In this document: piece after piece, positions 11,953 through 21,897 of the stretch
Layout: each line of letters begins with the position of its first letter
Numbering within the stretch: the stretch's first letter is position 1
From: an uncultured Phycisphaerales bacterium
Lineage (GTDB): Bacteria > Planctomycetota > Phycisphaerae > Tepidisphaerales > Tepidisphaeraceae
Direction: 5' to 3'
Length of the DNA stretch: 64,000 bases
NCBI GenBank assembly: GCA_963755915.1
Contig: CAVWLP010000002.1
Location: forward strand, 2,048,001-2,112,000
Made by a program: the position numbers and the translations under genes
The notes under the pieces: generated by a model
What the model was told of the DNA's origin: nothing
Databases searched by the model: none
The model's input: the letters and a program-made list of their open reading frames with translations, nothing else

Positions 11953-12196
11953 ACCACCAACACCGTCCCCCGCGCCACACTCCCCGCCTCTTCCCGCTCC
12001 CCACCTCAAAGCCGCCCCGACCGTCACCAGGCCAGCCATGTGCCCTCCCAGCGGAACCGCTCGTGATATACGAGTAAGCGCCTCTCCTCGTCACCAACAC
12101 CATAACCGATAAAAATCTTCCTCTTCTTCCCCCTCTTAATCACGCGCCCATCGCAGAATTGAACCCTTCCCCGCTTTTGACTAATGTCCCCCCTCT

Positions 12197-13724
12197 ATGA
12201 TCCCAACTTCCGCCGAAATCGAAATCTCAGTAACCGACCGCCTCCCCCCCAACCTCCCGGCAATCGTGATCTTCCTCCCCCAAGACGAAAAATCCGCTCC
12301 CCCCTCCGCCAAGCGCACCTCCCCCGAAATCGCCGCCGCCGTCAATCGTCTCATCTCCGCCCAAGCCGCCACCGGCAAGCCCCGCGAAATCGTCTTCGAC
12401 CTGAAAGGCGAAGGAAAAAAATCACAGCGCATCTACGTCGCCGGCCTGGGCAAACCCGCCGACATCACCCCGGAGATTATCCGCCAATCCGCCGGCGCAA
12501 TATTCGCGCCTTACGCAAACACCGCATCCCCCGCGCCGCCGTCTGCCTCCCCGAGGTCAAAGGAATCTCCGCGGATGTCATCGCCGACGCCGTCGCCACC
12601 GGCCTCTCCCTCGCCGCCTTCGACTATCGCGAATTCAAAGGCACCGCCTCAAAAGAAAAGGAAAAAGACCCCCCAAAAAAATTCACCATCACTCTCTTCA
12701 CCGACAAACTTTCCGATGCCCGTCCCGCCGTCGACCGCTCAAAAATCGTCTCCACCGCCCAGAATTTCGCCCGCACCATCGCCTCCCGTCCCGGCAACAA
12801 CATCAACCCCCCATCCCTCGCCAAAGTTGCCCAGGCCATGTCCCGCGAAGCCGGTCTCCGCTGCACCATCATGGACGAAAAACAGCTCGCCCGCCTCGGC
12901 ATGGGCGGCATCCTCGCGGTAGGGGGGGAAGCATCCAAACCCCTCCAAGAATGATTGTGTTGGAACATGCCCCGCGCAATCGCCGCGGAAAAACTCTCAT
13001 GGCCGTCGGAAAAGCCATCACCTTCGACGCCGGTGGAATCTCCATCAAGCCCGCCGACAAAATGGGAAAAATGATCTTCGACAAATGCGGCGCCATGGCC
13101 GTCCTCGGCTTCATGTATGCCGCCGCCAAACTAAAACTCCCCATCCACATCGTCGGCATCCTCGCCAGCGCCGAAAACATCCTCAGCTCCCGCGCCTATC
13201 GCCCCGGCGACATCCTCAAAATGCATAACGGCGTCACCGTCGAAGTCACCAACACCGACGCCGAAGGCCGCCTCGTCCTCGGCGACGCTCTCTCCTGGGG
13301 CATCCAAACCTATAAACCCGCCGCCGTCGTCGACCTCGCCACCCTCACCGGCGGCGTCATCGTCGCCCTCGGCCGCTCCATCGCCGGCGTCATGAGCAAC
13401 AACGACGCCCTCGTAAAAGACCTGACCGAAGCCGGAAAAACCGAAGGCGAAAAAATCTGGCGCCTCCCCCTCGAGCAGGAGCACAAAGATTTCATCAAGT
13501 CCGACACCGCCGACATCGTCAACGCCGGTGGCCGCGAGGCCCACACCATCCAGGGCGGCGCTTTCCTCAGTTATTTTGTCCCCTCCGACGACTCCGTCCC
13601 CTGGGCCCACCTCGACATCGCCGGCGTCGCCGACACCGACAAAGAGCTCCCCTATTACGCCTCCGGCGCCACCGGCTGGGGCGTCCGCACCCTCATCCGC
13701 TGGGCCGAGTCCCACTCCCGCTAA
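12197..13724 (+). CDS. pepA: M17 leucyl aminopeptidase (apparent frameshifts near 12505 and 12925)
   Basis: VGKAITFDAGGISIK, DKCGA, NTDAEGRLVL, DLATLTG, WAHLDIAG. Confidence 0.92.
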
Positions 13725-13759
13725 TTCGTCGACCGCACTCCCGAAACATCCCCTTTCTT

Positions 13760-13787
13760 GTTTAGCCGCAACCCCGCAGGGGTGCGC
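13760..13787. repeat. REP-like family B, copy 2
   Basis: gtttagccgcaaccccgcaggggtgcgc. Confidence 0.75.
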
Positions 13788-13857
13788 TTTCCGCCCCAAC
13801 GAATCCTCCCGTGCGACTATTCCCCCAAGCCGCGCATGGTTATCCTTTACCCCTCTT

Positions 13858-13900
13858 ACCCCCTCGCCCGGTACTCCGGGAGAGGGTTGGGGTGAGGGCC
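13858..13900. repeat. REP-like family A, copy 3
   Basis: accccctcgcccggtactccgggagagggttggggtgagggcc. Confidence 0.85.
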
Positions 13901-13958
13901 TTGAAAAAATTTCAAAATGAACGCGATCGCCGATTTTTCAATCAACCGGAGAACCTAA

Positions 13959-14861
13959 ATGACCTCATCCGCTGTGACCCTATTGTCGATCCTCTTTTCC
14001 GTCCTGGTCCCCCAGAAAATGTGGTACGCCCCAGTCCAGCCCCTCACCATCTCCAACAAATCCGACAAACCAATCGCCCTCGAGCTAACTGATTTCACCG
14101 GCAAAGTCGTCTCCCCCAAATCCGCCGCCGACGTCGCCGCAGGCGCATCCGTAGATCTCAAATCCCTCTATCCCGACACCGCCAACCCCGACACCTGGCT
14201 CCTCTACGCCCTCCCCGCCGGCGGCAACACGACCCAAGCCCCCGCCCCCAAAGACTTCCTTGGCACCCCCCTGGTCATCGAATCCCGCCCCCAACAGCAA
14301 AACCCCACCTCCGTAGTGGTAACCCACATCCTCCCCCTCCAATACGCGATCATGACCACCGATTCCGGCCCCCTCACCGAGGTCTTCTATTACGACGTCG
14401 CCCCCAACACGGTGGAAAATTTCCTCTCCCTGGCCGGCGGCGGATACTACGACGGCCTCGTCTTCCACCGCGTTGTCCCCGGTTTCGTCATCCAGGGCGG
14501 CGACCCCCTCGGCGCCGACCCCGACCCCCAAAAACGCGGCACCGGTGGCCCCGGCTACACCATCGTCTCCGAGTTCAACGACCATCCCCACCTCGAAGGC
14601 GTCCTCTCCATGGCCCGAGCCCAGGACCCCAACAGCGCCGGCAGCCAGTTCTTCGTCTGCCTCAACTACGCCCAGACCCAGCAGCTCGACCACCAGTACA
14701 CCGCCTTCGGAAAAGTCGTCGAAGGAATGGACGCCGTAAAATCCATCGCCGCCGCCAAAGTAGACGGCGAAACCCCCGAGCACCCCGTCGCCATCCAAAA
14801 GGTCGAAATCTTCCCCGTCACCGCAGCAAAGGATCCCTACACCTCCATCATGTCGCAATAG
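13959..14861 (+). CDS. exported cyclophilin-type peptidyl-prolyl isomerase
   Basis: APNTVENF, YYDGLVFHRVVPGFVIQGGDP, LSMARA, SAGSQFF, YTAFGKV; hydrophobic N-terminus. Confidence 0.93.
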   Translation: MTSSAVTLLSILFSVLVPQKMWYAPVQPLTISNKSDKPIALELTDFTGKVVSPKSAADVAAGASVDLKSLYPDTANPDTWLLYALPAGGNTTQAPAPKDFLGTPLVIESRPQQQNPTSVVVTHILPLQYAIMTTDSGPLTEVFYYDVAPNTVENFLSLAGGGYYDGLVFHRVVPGFVIQGGDPLGADPDPQKRGTGGPGYTIVSEFNDHPHLEGVLSMARAQDPNSAGSQFFVCLNYAQTQQLDHQYTAFGKVVEGMDAVKSIAAAKVDGETPEHPVAIQKVEIFPVTAAKDPYTSIMSQ

Positions 14862-14880
14862 AAATTCAAACCCCCATCTG

Positions 14881-14940
14881 CCCCCTCTCCCAGTACCCTG
14901 GGAGAGGGCAAGCGGCGCCAGCCCGCGCGGGTGAGGGCCC
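14881..14940. repeat. REP-like family A, copy 4 (with internal insertion)
   Basis: ccccctctcccagtaccctgggagaggg ... gggtgagggccc. Confidence 0.75.
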
Positions 14941-15138
14941 CCAGTGGCGTCCGACTCTTCGCAGAACTCCTCCCCTATCAATTTCTTTGCATTCTCACCC
15001 CTCAAAAAATAATTCCCGCCGGATTTATCAAAAAATAGGTACTAAACGTGCACCTCCGGACCCGTATATAGAGGCGTGATGTTTTTTCCACCTCTACTCT
15101 CAACTTTCTACTCTCTACCCACTAACCCGGAGGGTCCC

Positions 15139-15675
15139 ATGTCCGTCCTTTGCAAATCCCCAATCTCAAAATTCAGCGCCCAGCTCCCCGCTCCTCCCCA
15201 ATCTGAAATCTCAAATTTCAAATCTGAAATCCCCTCCCCTCCCTCCACACTTTCCCCCAAAAGTGGGAAATTTTGGGAAAATGTGAGTAATCTGCGTTCT
15301 TTTAAGCTTACCGAACTCCAGTTACTCGCCCTCGACCACACCCTCCGCGGCGTCAACGATTCCCGCATCGCCGAAATCCTCGGTATCACCCGTAGAACCC
15401 TCTGGAATTGGAAAACCTTCAACGAAGACTACCGCCGCGCCCTCGCCGAGGGTCGCGCCGCCCTTCACGCCGCCGTCGTCGATCGGCTCCAGGCCGCCTC
15501 CGCCAAAAGCCTCGACGCCCTCGACGATCTGCTCGATGATTGTGACCCAAAGACCCGCCTCCACGCCGCCCAAACCACTCTGCGCCGCCGCCGCCCTCAA
15601 ACCCAAACTTCCCGAACATCAATACCACACCCCTCAATCCCTCCACGTCGGAATCGTCACCGCGCCCCCCGGTAA
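15139..15675 (+). CDS. helix-turn-helix hypothetical protein
   Basis: LTELQLLAL...DSRIAEILGITRRTLWNWK HTH pattern; GGAGG upstream; 3' end possibly frameshifted. Confidence 0.6.
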   Translation: MSVLCKSPISKFSAQLPAPPQSEISNFKSEIPSPPSTLSPKSGKFWENVSNLRSFKLTELQLLALDHTLRGVNDSRIAEILGITRRTLWNWKTFNEDYRRALAEGRAALHAAVVDRLQAASAKSLDALDDLLDDCDPKTRLHAAQTTLRRRRPQTQTSRTSIPHPSIPPRRNRHRAPR

Positions 15676-15774
15676 CCCCGGGGAGTGTTAGGGAGGGGGT
15701 CGATTTATCGCCGGTTCACACGCTCGCGTGACCGATCCCTCATGATCGGATATAAAGTAGCGCTCCTCCTCTTT

Positions 15775-15817
15775 ATCCCCTCCCCTGGTACTCCGGGGGA
15801 GGGTTAGGGTGGGGGCT
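15775..15817. repeat. REP-like family A, copy 5
   Basis: atcccctcccctggtactccgggggagggttagggtgggggct. Confidence 0.75.
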
Positions 15818-15890
15818 CGAATACCAATCGACGAGGATCTCAGCAGACCGATTTCATTCGTCATTCGAATTTCGCTAATGCGGCCGCCCC

Positions 15891-16000
15891 GCGGGGCGGC
15901 CGGGTCCGATGCAAGGGTTGGCCGCGAACCGGGTCAGGTCCGAGAGGAAGCAGCCCTAAGTGTCTCCAGCTTTGTGCCGTCGTGTCCCCGGCCGCTCCGC
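15891..16000 (+). ncRNA. ffs: signal recognition particle RNA (small bacterial type)
   Basis: Domain IV core gtcaggtccgagaggaagcagc; complementary ends gcggggcggccggg / cccggccgctccgc. Confidence 0.92.
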
Positions 16001-16109
16001 CGGGCGTCCTTTTGCCCACAAATAAGCGGACCACCCGGAATTGTCTGATCGGGTGGTCCGCTCGGCACAGTCTAACTTGCAAAGCCTGATTCGCTCACGC
16101 CTCCTTCCC

Positions 16110-16136
16110 GTTTAGCCGCGACCCGAAGGGGAGCGC
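16110..16136. repeat. REP-like family B, copy 3
   Basis: gtttagccgcgacccgaaggggagcgc. Confidence 0.7.
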
Positions 16137-16177
16137 TTAGCACGTTGCTCCTGAATCGCGGTCCCACATTGAAAACA

Positions 16178-17107
16178 TCAAGCCCGCCGCCGCCGCCGCA
16201 TCAGCAGCACCGCCCCGACGCCGATCAGCGAGAATGACGCCGGCTCGGGAACGGCATTGGGTTCGAAATCGTACGTGGTGTTAACGCCGCCTACGCCGAT
16301 CGTGAAGGCATCCACGTAGCCCTGAAAGTTATCGCTGGGACTTGTAAAGCCCACCTGCAGCGCAATTCCACCTAGGCCCGCATAGCCGCCGTTTTCGATG
16401 GTTGCGTCCGGATAGTCCGCGATGAATGTGGAAAGGGGCTGCACGCCAGGCAAGCCGGGTCCTTCGGGAGCGCCCGGAGAGGAAATTGCAGGGCCCGTAC
16501 CGCCGTTACCGGAGCCGGGGCTGTTATTATCCCACCAGGCCCCATCTTCGGCATCCCACAACTGCCACTGGCCTAGCGCCGGCGGCCCCTGATTATTAGT
16601 GATCATTGTGGGATTGCCGGTACTCGGTTGCTGGTAAGGCGGCTCGAAGAACAGTGTATCGACCGTATTCGCCGACGCGCCGCCGTCGCCCGTGTTATCG
16701 ATCAAACCGGTGTTAATCGAAATCCCCAGATACGGGAATTGCTGACCGTTGTTGGTCACGTCGTATGCGTAATAGCTCAGTGCAGTGACGGAGCTGAGCA
16801 GCGTTCCATCGAATTGTTCGGTGGCGATGGCCGCAGCGCCGTCGCCGGCCCCGGGAGCTGTCGCCAGTTCGGCGCTGCCGACGCCAAGCGGCGGGGTCGC
16901 CGGGCCGTAGACCATCGCAGCCGTGCCATAATATGGACTGCTGGGGTCTGTGACGATGTTTCCATTACCGTCAAATGAATTGAGAGTCCACCCCTGCATA
17001 TTCGCCGGACTGACGACAACTTCCGCGCCGGCGGTTTTCGTAAGCGCGGAAACCGCAGCCAGTGCCATTCCGCCCAAAATTCGTTGATAGAGTTTGCTTG
17101 TTTTCAT
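16178..17107 (-). CDS. PEP-CTERM sorting domain protein
   Basis: Signal peptide; C-terminal VPEPASFSLIGVGAVLLMRRRRRA; AGGAG RBS. Confidence 0.92.
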   Translation of the reverse strand: MKTSKLYQRILGGMALAAVSALTKTAGAEVVVSPANMQGWTLNSFDGNGNIVTDPSSPYYGTAAMVYGPATPPLGVGSAELATAPGAGDGAAAIATEQFDGTLLSSVTALSYYAYDVTNNGQQFPYLGISINTGLIDNTGDGGASANTVDTLFFEPPYQQPSTGNPTMITNNQGPPALGQWQLWDAEDGAWWDNNSPGSGNGGTGPAISSPGAPEGPGLPGVQPLSTFIADYPDATIENGGYAGLGGIALQVGFTSPSDNFQGYVDAFTIGVGGVNTTYDFEPNAVPEPASFSLIGVGAVLLMRRRRRA

Positions 17108-17239
17108 AAGTGTTCTCCTTGTTTGCTTTCCATGTATTTAAAATTCGCTCTCCTGAAGTCGTGGTGACTCGCAGAGAAGAGCGTTCGAATTTTCCCTGCG
17201 TCGCTCCGCGCCCTCCAACATGGAGGACGATTTCATCTT

Positions 17240-18064
17240 TTAACTTTTGATCGTCCCCCTTCGCCGCCGCATCAACGCCAGCGCACCCAGTCCCAGAACG
17301 CTGAAGCTCGCCGGCTCGGGTACGGCGCTTACCGCGCCGAAGGTCGCGTTATAAGTGTCGTTGAAGTTGTAAGTTTCCAGATACACCGCATTCAGATCCG
17401 GATTTGAAATTGCCGTGTCCGGCTCCGTATAGACCGTCGACCCGTTGATGCCGTACACGAAATCGCTCCCGTTGAACGTAATGCTCAAGCTGTTCCAGCC
17501 CGCACTCACCGGTGCGCTTAGATCGACCCAGTTGTCGTTGTTCGGATCGTTGATATTGTCGTTCCATACCTGCCACCGCACGCTTCGGTCCGTCGCGCTC
17601 GCGTCGTGACTGTCCGCGTAGGTGTCGCTGACATTGGTAATGTCGATAATCGGGTAATAATTCTGATCGACCGTCGATGTCCATATCCCTTCCCGCTCCT
17701 GCGGGCTTCCCGCCGTCGTGGTCATCATGTCCGGCGTTACGTAGATGCTCCCGAAAACCGTCCACTCCGGATCCGCCGTCGGATCGGCCCGCGTGATCCC
17801 CTGAGTGTCGTAAAAATTATACATCGGAGGCCCAATATCCTCCGACGTTTCCGGCTGGTAAGTGGCGGGCGTAACGCCCAGCGTCACCGTGTTGCTCGCC
17901 ACCGTGATCGATGACGGCGACGCCCGGTCCACCGTCCACGCCGGGTTCAGCGTGTTTCCCGGAAAGTTGTCCGTGAAACCCGCAAGCCCCAGCGTCGGCA
18001 AAAACCCCATCACGCCGACAGGCGCCAAAACCAGAATTGCCAAATCCATCTTTTTCCGCGACAT
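17240..18064 (-). CDS. PEP-CTERM sorting domain protein
   Basis: Signal peptide; C-terminal VPEPASFSVLGLGALALMRRRR; AGGAG RBS. Confidence 0.92.
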   Translation of the reverse strand: MSRKKMDLAILVLAPVGVMGFLPTLGLAGFTDNFPGNTLNPAWTVDRASPSSITVASNTVTLGVTPATYQPETSEDIGPPMYNFYDTQGITRADPTADPEWTVFGSIYVTPDMMTTTAGSPQEREGIWTSTVDQNYYPIIDITNVSDTYADSHDASATDRSVRWQVWNDNINDPNNDNWVDLSAPVSAGWNSLSITFNGSDFVYGINGSTVYTEPDTAISNPDLNAVYLETYNFNDTYNATFGAVSAVPEPASFSVLGLGALALMRRRRGTIKS

Positions 18065-18331
18065 TCGATCTCTCCTTTAACGGGCAAACCGGCCCGCGCG
18101 GCTTCGAGTTGCTCGAAGAAAATTTGTCTTGTCCGCGGCGGAAATCCCACCAGAGATTCCGCGCCGATCTTTACAGAGTCTTCCCGGTTGCTCCGATGAA
18201 GGCCCAGAGGCTCGCAGAGAAACGGCGTTTTTATATTTTTCTCTGCGTCGCTCTGCGCCCTCCACGATGGAGGATGACCATGGTTTCTTCTTTAACTGCC
18301 ATCAAACCCAGCAAGCTTTCATCCCAAACCT

Positions 18332-19466
18332 TCACACCGCCTTCGCAAAAATCGTCTCAACCCGATCGATGCGCCACGCCGGCGACGCCACGGGTACATT
18401 CGCCCTCGCCGCTTCGCGCTCCACCGCGCTGCGATAAAATCCCAGTGGGCTCAGCTTTGTTTCCCAAAGTTCCCGGTTCGCCAGTTGCCGCTCCCGGAAT
18501 TGGCCCGGGGTCAGCCGGGAGTGAAATTGTTTCAGAATCTCCCCGGCAAATTCGATCTCGTTCTCTTCCACCCAGACGCAGTGTTTCCGCCAGTCGATTT
18601 CGTCTTCAAACGGCAAAACACAGCGCGTGTTGATGAACAAGGGAATCCGCCCGGCAGCCAGCACTTCGTAAAACCGATACGAAAAGTTCCCGGCCCCGCG
18701 CATGCACAGCGTGTAATCAGAGTCGATCACATTGGTCCAGAAATCGTCGCGCGGACCATATTCAGCCCGGTAATTCCGATGAAAACGCCCTCGCGCCCCC
18801 GCCCAATAGGCTTGCCGCACGATAAATTTCGTTCGAACCCCGCGGTGTCTTCGCAACGCCCCCAAAACTTTCGCGCAAGCTCAGCCCCTCGGCTTTGCCC
18901 TTCCGCCCCATCAGGCGATACACCGTCCGCACAATCGGATTGCTCACGAAGCCGCAGAATCCGACCGACGGTCTTATTACTTTCTCGCGCGGAAAAATCG
19001 TCCGGCTCAATTCTTCCTGTGGATCGCAAACCTCTGCCGGCATCGCCTCTTCGTGCGCACGTCTCGTCTCCGCAAACAGCGAGTGCCGGTAAACCGTCCC
19101 ATGCGAAACTTCAACCGGTTCGTCCGCGTCTCCCCAGGAAATGAACACGCACCCGATGCCGCGCTTCCTGGCTTCAGTGGCCACTCGTTCGATGTCCGGC
19201 CCGGCATCGGCGCGATAGGGGTATATCACCACCTCAGCATCGTCGATGTCCGCCGCCTCGAAGAATTCGCAGGCTTCAGCGTTAAGCCCGTCATACTTGC
19301 ACGATTCAGGCCCCACTCCGCCCGCAGCGCCAATCAGCCCACCGGCTCGAAGCGCGGCGGCCAGGCTGATGCTCGGCTCCCGTCCTCCCGCCAGAGGAAA
19401 ATGCACCCGGATCGGGCAAGCGCCCAACTGAACTGGTGATTTGCAAAGGAACATGGCACGCTCCAA
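18332..19466 (-). CDS. exostosin (GT47)-like glycosyltransferase (apparent frameshift near 18870; start uncertain)
   Basis: SVGFCG; SDYTLCMRGAGNFSYRFYEVLAAGRIPLFINTRCVLPFEDEIDW is exostosin-like. Confidence 0.8.
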
Positions 19467-19478
19467 ACATCATCGCGA

Positions 19479-19664
19479 TCAGGCTGCCTGGCTCCGGATC
19501 AGTTTCGGTTCGCTCGCCATCAGCGCCAGTCGCCGATATCCCGACGACCGCTCTCGATCGTCCATCTTCTGCAGGTCAAAACGGATTCTGTGAATCAGCG
19601 TCAGGTTTCCCGTTAGTTCCGCCGCGCCCAAAAGGGTCTCCAAAATGGCTTGTTGCTTGCTCAT
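19479..19664 (-). CDS. small hypothetical protein
   Basis: MSKQQAILETLLGAAEL... 61 aa with GGAG RBS. Confidence 0.5.
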   Translation of the reverse strand: MSKQQAILETLLGAAELTGNLTLIHRIRFDLQKMDDRERSSGYRRLALMASEPKLIRSQAA

Positions 19665-19689
19665 GGTCTCTCTCCAGAAAAATATGTGA

Positions 19690-20172
19690 TTATGAAACTG
19701 TGTAACTTCCATTCGTCCGCGTCCGCGGCCCCCTAAGGAGGCGCCGTGCACGCTCCCCCCCATCGAATTCGCCGGAAACGAATCGCCCCGCTCGTGGCGT
19801 CGATCGCACGATCGCCGCGTACAGCGACTCATCGCATGGCGAAAAAATCGCCGCCCCGGCCGCACGCACACGCTGCTCCTCTTCCAGCGTCACCCGGTCG
19901 TCCACCAGTGCGCATTGCAGCCGCGCCTGGGCACGCCGGGCTCGCTCAAACAGAACCCACGGCCGCATGTCCGGCAGGTCCATCGTCGTCAGCAGCCAGT
20001 TGAATCGCATCAGTTTCAGCGCCGCCAGCGCATTGCGCCCGGACCCAGAAACGCTCAGCAATTCCGCTCCCAGCGAATTCACGCACGCCGGCGGAATTCC
20101 CACCGACAAGACCAACGGGCTTAATTTGCTTTCATCCGTGGTCGGCTTGAAATGTTTAAGCGGATGACTCAT
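19690..20172 (-). CDS. degenerate response-regulator receiver-like protein
   Basis: SGRNALAALKLMRFNWLLTTMDLPDM...RAAGA resembles a receiver fold lacking the phospho-Asp. Confidence 0.55.
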   Translation of the reverse strand: MSHPLKHFKPTTDESKLSPLVLSVGIPPACVNSLGAELLSVSGSGRNALAALKLMRFNWLLTTMDLPDMRPWVLFERARRAQARLQCALVDDRVTLEEEQRVRAAGAAIFSPCDESLYAAIVRSTPRAGRFVSGEFDGGERARRLLRGPRTRTNGSYTVS

Positions 20173-20183
20173 GCCCCACCTAA

Positions 20184-20199
20184 GGCGAACGCGGTGCCG
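20184..20199 (-). promoter_or_regulatory. candidate sigma-54 -24/-12 promoter
   Basis: Minus strand CGGCACCGCGTTCGCC: GG-N10-GC spacing with GGCAC, next to a sigma-54 activator gene. Confidence 0.45.
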
Positions 20200-20492
20200 C
20201 CGAGCGCAGGGACAAAAAGATTGATCACAACCAAACCCACTCAAACGAATTGCGCCCAATCCCCGCGCCCCACTGCAAAGTCCTCTCCACCGACCATTCT
20301 GGTCGCCCTCACCTCATCTCAATTCCGCTAAGTCCCTTCGGGAAAAAACCTTCGAAGCCCACCGACCATTTTGTGCGCGACCGACCATCTTGGTTCATGA
20401 GTTCGCCACGAAATGTGCGCGAAAATGCCGACTCGGGCTCGTTACTTTTCGAGCACGATCCGTCCGTTACGATTTCACCGAATTGACGCGAA

Positions 20493-21476
20493 TCAGTCCC
20501 CGGCTCGGTGGATCGGTATCTTGAATTTCGTCACATACCGGTTCAGCCGCCGCCGATCGATCCCCAGCAGCGCCGCCGCATACGTCCGCCGGAATCCGCA
20601 GCGGATCAGCGCTTCGGTCACCTGCCGCCGAATCGTGTCGTTCAAATTCATGTCCGATGCCCGCGGACGCTCGATGGGCACGCGGATCTGGGCCGGCAGA
20701 TCGTCGATCCCGATCTCATCCCCCTCCGCCAAAACGCTCGCCTGCTCTAGCGCATTTCCAAGCTCTCGCACGTTTCCCGGCCAGGGATAAGTCTCCAGCG
20801 CCGCCATCCCCGCCTCAGACAGCGCTCGCATCCTCTCCCCGTTCGTAATCGCCTGACGCTGCAAGAAGTTTTCCGCCAGCAGCCGAATATCCCGCCCGCG
20901 CTGTCGCAGCGGTGGCACCGTCACCGTAATCACCTGAATCCGAAAAAGAAGATCCTGCCGAAACCGCCCCGCGGCCACCATCGCCTCCAGGTTCCGATGC
21001 GTCGCGCTGATCACCCGCACATCCACCGAATGCGGGCGGCTCGATCCCACCGGAACCACTCGCCGATCCTGAAGCACGCGCAGCAGCTTCGCCTGAAGCG
21101 GCAGCGCCAGCTCGCCAATCTCATCAAGAAACAGCGTCCCTCCATCCGCCGCCCGAACAAACCCCAAAGTATCGCGCACGGCTCCCGTAAACGCCCCGCG
21201 GACATGCCCGAAAAGCTGGCTCTCAAACAGCGTCTCCGAAAATGCCGTGCAATCCACAGGCACAAAAGCCTTCTCGGCGCGCGGAGAATTCTGGTGCATA
21301 AACCGCGCCAGCATCTCCTTTCCAGACCCCGTTTCCCCCAGGATCATCACCGTCGAAGGCCGCTTCGCCGCCCGCAGCGCCACGGTCTTCAGGCACTGCA
21401 TCGCCGCCGATTCTCCAATCAGCCGCTCCGCTGGTGGTTCAATCAACGTCTCGGTTTCCTTACAAATTCTGGACAT
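20493..21476 (-). CDS. sigma-54-dependent transcriptional activator (AAA+ and HTH, no sensory domain)
   Basis: GETGSGKE, ESQLFGHVRGAFTGA, LFLDEIGE, WPGNVREL, Fis-type HTH. Confidence 0.95.
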   Translation of the reverse strand: MSRICKETETLIEPPAERLIGESAAMQCLKTVALRAAKRPSTVMILGETGSGKEMLARFMHQNSPRAEKAFVPVDCTAFSETLFESQLFGHVRGAFTGAVRDTLGFVRAADGGTLFLDEIGELALPLQAKLLRVLQDRRVVPVGSSRPHSVDVRVISATHRNLEAMVAAGRFRQDLLFRIQVITVTVPPLRQRGRDIRLLAENFLQRQAITNGERMRALSEAGMAALETYPWPGNVRELGNALEQASVLAEGDEIGIDDLPAQIRVPIERPRASDMNLNDTIRRQVTEALIRCGFRRTYAAALLGIDRRRLNRYVTKFKIPIHRAGD

Positions 21477-21897
21477 CTTCCCCGAGCTATCCTTTCATTT
21501 TGTTAAATTCACGTGCAGCGCCCGTCGCGAGCGCCGATCAAAATCAGTTGGTTTGCAGGTTGCAGTTATCGAAACTGATTAGCCCTGGGACTTGCCTTAA
21601 GCCTGCCCTGGCTTTCGCAATCTAACTCTCGAGCAATGCGGACGTTGCCACCCCATTGCCCCAATCTACCTGAATCGAACCGTGCCGGAGCGTCCGATAA
21701 TTGGTACGCGCAATCTAGAAATCTTGGCAATCAAAAGCAACAATAAAAGTGATAAATTGTCGTAAACGCCGAATATATTTTCGCAAACGGCGAAAATTTG
21801 TAGTTCCCCGTTTTCGCTCTTTAGGTCAGCGCCTACCCGCCTTCAGCTTTCGCGGATCGAGGCATTTTCGCCCCCTCACGGTACGATGCCCGCCTGA

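Noticed and set aside
1979-13724. Mass pseudogenisation of kdsB, pyrG, pepA and others
   Set aside because: Motifs are intact on both sides of each shift and normally essential genes are affected, which points to sequencing indels.
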